Shown here piece by piece: positions 59,355 to 64,000 of a DNA stretch of 64,000 bases. The DNA comes from Chloroflexota bacterium (GTDB lineage Bacteria; Chloroflexota; Dehalococcoidia; Lucifugimonadales; JADFKI01). How positions within the stretch are numbered: position 1 is the stretch's first letter; the number at the start of each line of letters is the position of its first letter. Below the pieces are notes generated by a model, which made no database searches, was not told the DNA's origin, and saw only the letters and a program-made list of their open reading frames with translations. The stretch covers positions 1 through 64,000 of the forward strand of contig JAQBUT010000009.1 in the NCBI GenBank assembly GCA_027623195.1, read 5' to 3'. A program made the position numbers and the translations under genes.

Positions 59355-60701
59355 TTATCTCATGATATCTTCAGCGGTTCGGACCTCTGTATCCGGATGA
59401 AACGCCTGCCATGCAAACCAGAAGTGGTTGGCATGCACAACCGGGGCCAAGCTTCTTCCCACCAAGTCACCAGCCACCGCCTGACCAAGAACATTCCATT
59501 CGGAGCCGGTCTGCTCGTCCACTATTGCCCCGTCCTGCAACGCGAATGTCAGGTCTCGGCCATCCAAAGTTGGGCTAAATACGCCAGTAGACCCGACTGT
59601 CCTTCTCCCCTCCGGGCCTCGACCGTCGAAAGCGGATAACGTGCCATCGGCAAAGAAGATGACGATATCCTGACCTGACACGGTGTCGTGCACGACAGGC
59701 GACTCGCTGAAGCCCCCGAACGGGTATGCGACCTTCTCTTGCCCCAAGTCCAGCCCGATCACCCGCTCCATGGCGGGCAGCTTCGAATCGATTGCGCCTC
59801 CGAACAGGAACGGTTGGCCTCCCAGATTATCGTATCCGGAGTAAGGCGGCGTGTTGTAATTTCTGGAGAACCCTGTTTCTCTGGTCAGCACCTGGCCATC
59901 GGGATAAGCCTCTGTGAACTCCTTCCAGGAGGTCAGCGGCGCCGGAATAAAAGTCAGTTTTGTGCCGGTTAGCTCGCCTACGATGGCCTCTCCAGTGATC
60001 TGCTGCCACCACGACTCTGTCTGGCGGTCCCACATCACCAGGTCGCTCTTTCGCAGCATACCCGAGGTGCCGAAGTCCAACACCTGTTCGCCAACTCTAC
60101 GATCGAAGGTAATAGCGGTGTTGCACAGTGGGCAATACGTCACACTGACCGGCACGCCGCCCACCTCGTCGTTAACAATCTCATGCCATATCAGAATGGC
60201 CAGCGGGTAGGCTCTGGCATCGCCGTTAATCTCCAACGCTATGACAGGCTCGTTTGCACCCATATTTTCTGGTGGATTGGCCACGGAGGCGTACATCGGG
60301 TTGTCTATGGGTGGAATGCCGTCCCGAGGAGGCCCGCCGGACATTATCTCGTCGTATGACACCGTATGGCGGCTGAAGTCGGTCTTCCACTGCCGCTGAA
60401 GGAATTCAGGGGGTCTCTCGTTAGGGTCCCGCAGATTCACATCTGGAAGCGAGGATGCCACATTTGGCTCCGGCTTTGTGGTGGCCGTAACAGCCAATTC
60501 CGGCGTCGCGGTAGCACCAAGAGGCGTCCGTGTCTCCGCGATAGGCGTTGGGGTCGCTGTTGACGTTATAGCGGTCGAAGGAGCCGCTGCCGTAGGTGCC
60601 GTCTCCGGCGCGGCGGCTGGTGAGCTTACTACGCTGGTGCAGGCTATCGCCGTCAAAGTAAGAATGCTGACCGCACTCAGGAACGCTGACCTCGAAAACA
60701 T
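59355..60701 (-). CDS. DUF3179-family lipoprotein
   Basis: SGGPPRDGIPPID, WHEIVND, TYCPLCNT, FGTSG, FWFAW; lipobox AIAC and Thr/Pro linker. Confidence 0.88.
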   Translation of the reverse strand: MFSRSAFLSAVSILTLTAIACTSVVSSPAAAPETAPTAAAPSTAITSTATPTPIAETRTPLGATATPELAVTATTKPEPNVASSLPDVNLRDPNERPPEFLQRQWKTDFSRHTVSYDEIMSGGPPRDGIPPIDNPMYASVANPPENMGANEPVIALEINGDARAYPLAILIWHEIVNDEVGGVPVSVTYCPLCNTAITFDRRVGEQVLDFGTSGMLRKSDLVMWDRQTESWWQQITGEAIVGELTGTKLTFIPAPLTSWKEFTEAYPDGQVLTRETGFSRNYNTPPYSGYDNLGGQPFLFGGAIDSKLPAMERVIGLDLGQEKVAYPFGGFSESPVVHDTVSGQDIVIFFADGTLSAFDGRGPEGRRTVGSTGVFSPTLDGRDLTFALQDGAIVDEQTGSEWNVLGQAVAGDLVGRSLAPVVHANHFWFAWQAFHPDTEVRTAEDIMR

Positions 60702-60891
60702 AGTCTACCTCTGATCTAGTGCCGAATTCTCGTCTGGACATGTGCCTTCTAGTTGGATGCGCACCCACTTAAAACGGTGAATGCCCCTACCCCAAGTGCG
60801 AATGAACACCGTAGTTGAAATCCGGTCGTTGCCGGGTATACTAAACGAAAGCAACCTTCCGGTTCTTTACGTGCCGGTACAGGCATTGAGC

Positions 60892-62037
60892 ATGGACTAC
60901 CCTGACAACAGCTACTACTTCAACACTGACGCCCATTCTGCACGCCGCCGAGGCCTTCGCAGACTTGGCGTTAGCCGGTCTTTCGCCCTGGGATTGGCAG
61001 CGATAGCCATCTTGTTGGGCTTTTCTTTCGGCATAATGGTCTCCGATTCGTTAGAAACGTCCCGAACGCCTCTTTTCGACGAGGGTATGGTGACCAGGCT
61101 TTTCGAAAACGCCAGCCCAGCCGTTGTGGAGATAACGGTCATTCGGGAAAATAACAACTTGCCGTTCTCCGCCTTGGGGACCGGGTCGGGATTCCTGGTC
61201 GACGGAACAGGCCACATCCTGACGAACAACCACGTAATTGAAGGGGCAGACGAGATTCGAGTGAATCTTTTCGACGGACGCACGCTTGTCGCAACACGCC
61301 TGGGAATCAGCCCGGCCGACGATCTTGCGCTGCTTCAAGTAGATCCAGCTGAATTGGCCGGTATCAAGCCATTAAAGTTGGCCAATTCGGACGACGTCGA
61401 CCCCGGTCAGTTGGCTGTAGCCATAGGAAGCCCATTCCGAAACTTCAATTCCGTGACCGTGGGAATTGTCAGCGGAACCGGTCGCGGTCCGATAAGTCCG
61501 CTTCAAAGACCCATACCCGACATGATACAGACCGACGCGGCCCTTAATCCCGGTAACTCCGGTGGACCGCTGCTCAACTCACAGGGCGAGGTAATCGGAG
61601 TAACATCGGCCGTGCGCACGCCAGCCCTACAAGGCATTGGTGATTTCCGAATCGGGTTCGCTGTACCCAGCAACACCATCTCGCATCTCTTGCCGGACCT
61701 GCTGGTAGCCCAGGAGATACGAAGACCCTGGCTGGGAATAAGCGGGGGGCCCATAAGCGAACAGCTTTCAGAGATGCTCGGCATCGAAAGTGGTGTTGTG
61801 GTGACACAGGTTCTGGCGGGCAGTCCGGCGAAACAGGCCGGTTTACAGCCATTCCGGTCTCTCACGAATCAAGGTGACGTCATCATTTCCATAGACGATA
61901 CGCCCATCGGCTCCGTTGACGACATGGTGTCCTACTTCAATCGCAAGCGACCCGGCGACGATGTGAAGCTGCTGTTGAACAGGGATGGTCAAGAACTAAA
62001 TATTGATGTAAAGCTAGCTGCCTGGCCTGACACTTAA
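60892..62037 (+). CDS. htrA: HtrA/DegP-family serine protease with a single PDZ domain
   Basis: TNNHV, DLAL, GNSGG triad; N-terminal TM; PDZ. Confidence 0.93.
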   Translation: MDYPDNSYYFNTDAHSARRRGLRRLGVSRSFALGLAAIAILLGFSFGIMVSDSLETSRTPLFDEGMVTRLFENASPAVVEITVIRENNNLPFSALGTGSGFLVDGTGHILTNNHVIEGADEIRVNLFDGRTLVATRLGISPADDLALLQVDPAELAGIKPLKLANSDDVDPGQLAVAIGSPFRNFNSVTVGIVSGTGRGPISPLQRPIPDMIQTDAALNPGNSGGPLLNSQGEVIGVTSAVRTPALQGIGDFRIGFAVPSNTISHLLPDLLVAQEIRRPWLGISGGPISEQLSEMLGIESGVVVTQVLAGSPAKQAGLQPFRSLTNQGDVIISIDDTPIGSVDDMVSYFNRKRPGDDVKLLLNRDGQELNIDVKLAAWPDT

Positions 62038-62073
62038 GACCCGAACGCATGCGGCAAATTATGACGTTAAATG

Positions 62074-62103
62074 AAAAGGGGCAGGCCTATCGGCCTGCCC
62101 TTT
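62074..62103. terminator. Bidirectional terminator
   Basis: GGGCAGGCC-TATC-GGCCTGCCC flanked by A/T runs. Confidence 0.8.
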
Positions 62104-62136
62104 GCTCATTAGCTGTTTCGAAAAGTCCGAGAAGTG

Positions 62137-63513
62137 CTAAAGCTCCTGCTCCAACTTGCCGATCATGGAGTCGAGCTGACGAACCAGGTGGTCTACTTCT
62201 TCCTTGGTTATGCACAGCGGTGGAGACAGCGGTATGACATCCGCCGCCCTGCCCAGCATGTTGTGCTCCCGCATTAGCCGGGATACCTTTTGCCCTACGC
62301 CAGCCTCTGCCGGGAAGCGCTCTCGCGTATCCCGGTCCTTCACTATTTCAACGGCAGCAAGCAAACCCATGCCTCCTCGGACATCGCCCACTATACGGTG
62401 CTCGTACAGGCTCTGGAGCTGCTCATACAGGTAATCGCCCATCTTGGCGGAGTTTTCCACCATTCCCTCGCCTTCCATGATGTCCAGGTTGGCCATGCCG
62501 GCCGCGCAGGAAGTGGGGTTGCCTCCGAAGGTGAACAGGTGCTGGAATGTCGAACCGCCCTCGCCCATGAAGGCGTTTGCAATCTTACTGCTGGCCACGG
62601 CTGCGCCAATGGGCAGGTAGCCGCTGGTCAGGGCCTTGGCAACAGTGAAGATGTCTGGCTGAACGCCCCAATGCTCGGTGGCGAACATTTTGCCCGTGCG
62701 GCCGAACCCTGTGATGACCTCGTCGCAAATCATTACAACGCCATGCTTGTCGCAAATCTCGCGTATGGTCGGCCAGTATTCGGGATGTGGCACGAAAATG
62801 CCCGCCGCTGCCGAGATTGGCTCGCCTATAAACGCCGCCACGGTGGATGGGCCTTCGTTCTGTATGGTTCGGTCTACGTCCCGGGCGCACTCAAGATTGC
62901 AGCCGCCCTTGTCCCGGCAGAACTGACACCTGTACTCTCCTGGTTGCGCTACGTGAACGTTGCCCGGCACCAGCGGACCGAAGTCCGACGGCAGACTCCC
63001 CATGATGCCGCCGCGTCCAAGGCTGGTGCAGGCCAACGTCGCCCCGTGATACGAACCCCACCGGCTCAGAATCTTCCAGCGGGTTCCTTCACCATTAATC
63101 ATGTGGTAGTTCTTCGCCATCTTGAGAGCGGTCTCAACGGCCTCAGAGCCGCCGCTGACGAAGTAAATACGTGAATCCTTATCCGGAGCCAGTTTCGCAA
63201 CTCTGGCGGCCAGATGAGCCGTTGAAGGGCTCACAGTATCAAACGGCGAGAAGCTTATCTCTTGCATCTGCTTGTACACCGCGTCTGCTATCTCTTTACG
63301 TCCGTGGCCGATGTTCTTGAGCCACAAGCCAGCCATAGTGTCGAACCACTGCTGGCCCTCGGCATCTTCCACCCAGACGCCCTTGGCCCTGGTCACCACC
63401 TTGAGGCCCGTCTCCTCCGACATGTCTCCCGCCATTTTGGAATGGGGCCAGAAGTGGTCTGCGGCCTCTTGCTTGATTTGCTCGATCTCTTCGCCGGTAA
63501 GACGGGTAACCAC
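62137..63513 (-). CDS. Class III PLP aminotransferase (omega-amine type)
   Basis: GGSEAVE, SYHG, DEVITGFGRTG, AKALTSGY; GTG at 63513 after AGAGGT. Confidence 0.92.
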   Translation of the reverse strand: MVTRLTGEEIEQIKQEAADHFWPHSKMAGDMSEETGLKVVTRAKGVWVEDAEGQQWFDTMAGLWLKNIGHGRKEIADAVYKQMQEISFSPFDTVSPSTAHLAARVAKLAPDKDSRIYFVSGGSEAVETALKMAKNYHMINGEGTRWKILSRWGSYHGATLACTSLGRGGIMGSLPSDFGPLVPGNVHVAQPGEYRCQFCRDKGGCNLECARDVDRTIQNEGPSTVAAFIGEPISAAAGIFVPHPEYWPTIREICDKHGVVMICDEVITGFGRTGKMFATEHWGVQPDIFTVAKALTSGYLPIGAAVASSKIANAFMGEGGSTFQHLFTFGGNPTSCAAGMANLDIMEGEGMVENSAKMGDYLYEQLQSLYEHRIVGDVRGGMGLLAAVEIVKDRDTRERFPAEAGVGQKVSRLMREHNMLGRAADVIPLSPPLCITKEEVDHLVRQLDSMIGKLEQEL

Positions 63514-63672
63514 AGTAGTTGCACCTCTCTGACAATTATCCGCACTCAATTCTTGAAGGGCGCGGATTTACCCGGCATGGTACCATTTTCGATGTGCCCA
63601 CGCCATCAAGAATGAACGGATTCGTTGACATGGAGGCGAGCAAATCCTCACATAAGCTGGAAGAGGTATTTC

Positions 63673-64000
63673 GTGGACTCAAGCCTGTTTGACATTGCCC
63701 AGAAGTTTCGGCAATTCGCCCTGTTGGAAACCAGAGGCTCGTCGCCGCTGTATGAGAAATTGTGCCTGGATATTTCCCAAGACTCCGATCTCCTGTCGCT
63801 GGCGTTGGAGACTCGACAAGGCCAACCTCCGCCGAACCTCTTCATGGCTACCGTGCACTGGCTACTGATGCAAGAACCCACGCACGCCTTGGCCCGTCAC
63901 TATCCCAATCTATTCCCCAACGCAGACCAGGACCAGACTCCAGAATCCGACCCCTTCCCGCTATTCAAGGACTTCTGCATGCAGCGACAAGAGGTAATGC
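63673..64000 (+). CDS. DUF2332-like protein, N-terminal part (runs off the window)
   Basis: Manual translation: MDSSLFDIAQKFRQFALLETRGSSPLYEKL...GQPPPNLFMATVHWLL...LARHYP. Confidence 0.7.
   Translation, partial: MDSSLFDIAQKFRQFALLETRGSSPLYEKLCLDISQDSDLLSLALETRQGQPPPNLFMATVHWLLMQEPTHALARHYPNLFPNADQDQTPESDPFPLFKDFCMQRQEVM

Noticed and set aside
60678..60701. Tat-like signal SRSAFL on the DUF3179 lipoprotein near the tat genes
   Set aside because: Only one Arg; Sec-lipoprotein export explains it adequately.
1..64000. CRISPR arrays, rRNA/tRNA genes, transposases, integrases, prophage or defence islands
   Set aside because: No spaced repeat arrays, cloverleafs or recognisable mobile/defence ORFs seen by eye.

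Overview
A gene-dense, mostly core-genome bacterial window. Gene content (GuaB3, EF-G2, F420-dependent NADP reductase, CCA/HD, monoderm-type lipoproteins) fits Chloroflexota, probably Dehalococcoidia/SAR202-like; this is an inference. It carries housekeeping genes (rpsP-khpA-rimM, rpsT, rel, hisS, prfA-prmC, queG, nfo, secDF, def, fusA2, etfBA, metF, lipA, rlmD, maf, tatABC, htrA), a Zn/Mn ABC transporter, a peptide ABC transporter and several oxidoreductases. I found no rRNA, tRNA, CRISPR array, transposase or prophage. Main observations: (1) A DosS/DevS-like heme-GAF + PAS + HisKA kinase, broken by an in-frame TAA, is coupled to an OmpR/KdpE-type regulator. Two flanking promoters share an identical four-box TCA(C/T) layout (spacing 11-20-11, -10 at +15), which suggests a small O2/redox regulon. 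(2) A ~145-nt highly structured ncRNA candidate lies downstream of rpsT. (3) Three small Cys-rich proteins are missing from the ORF track: a 54-aa zinc ribbon and two tandem desulforedoxin-like miniproteins. (4) An Rdx/SelW-like gene reads CxxW (TGG) at the CxxU/CxxC site. (5) An Nmad3-like gene is translationally coupled to queG. (6) A 69-bp exact duplication at the window start truncates znuC and looks like a tandem-duplication or chimera junction.
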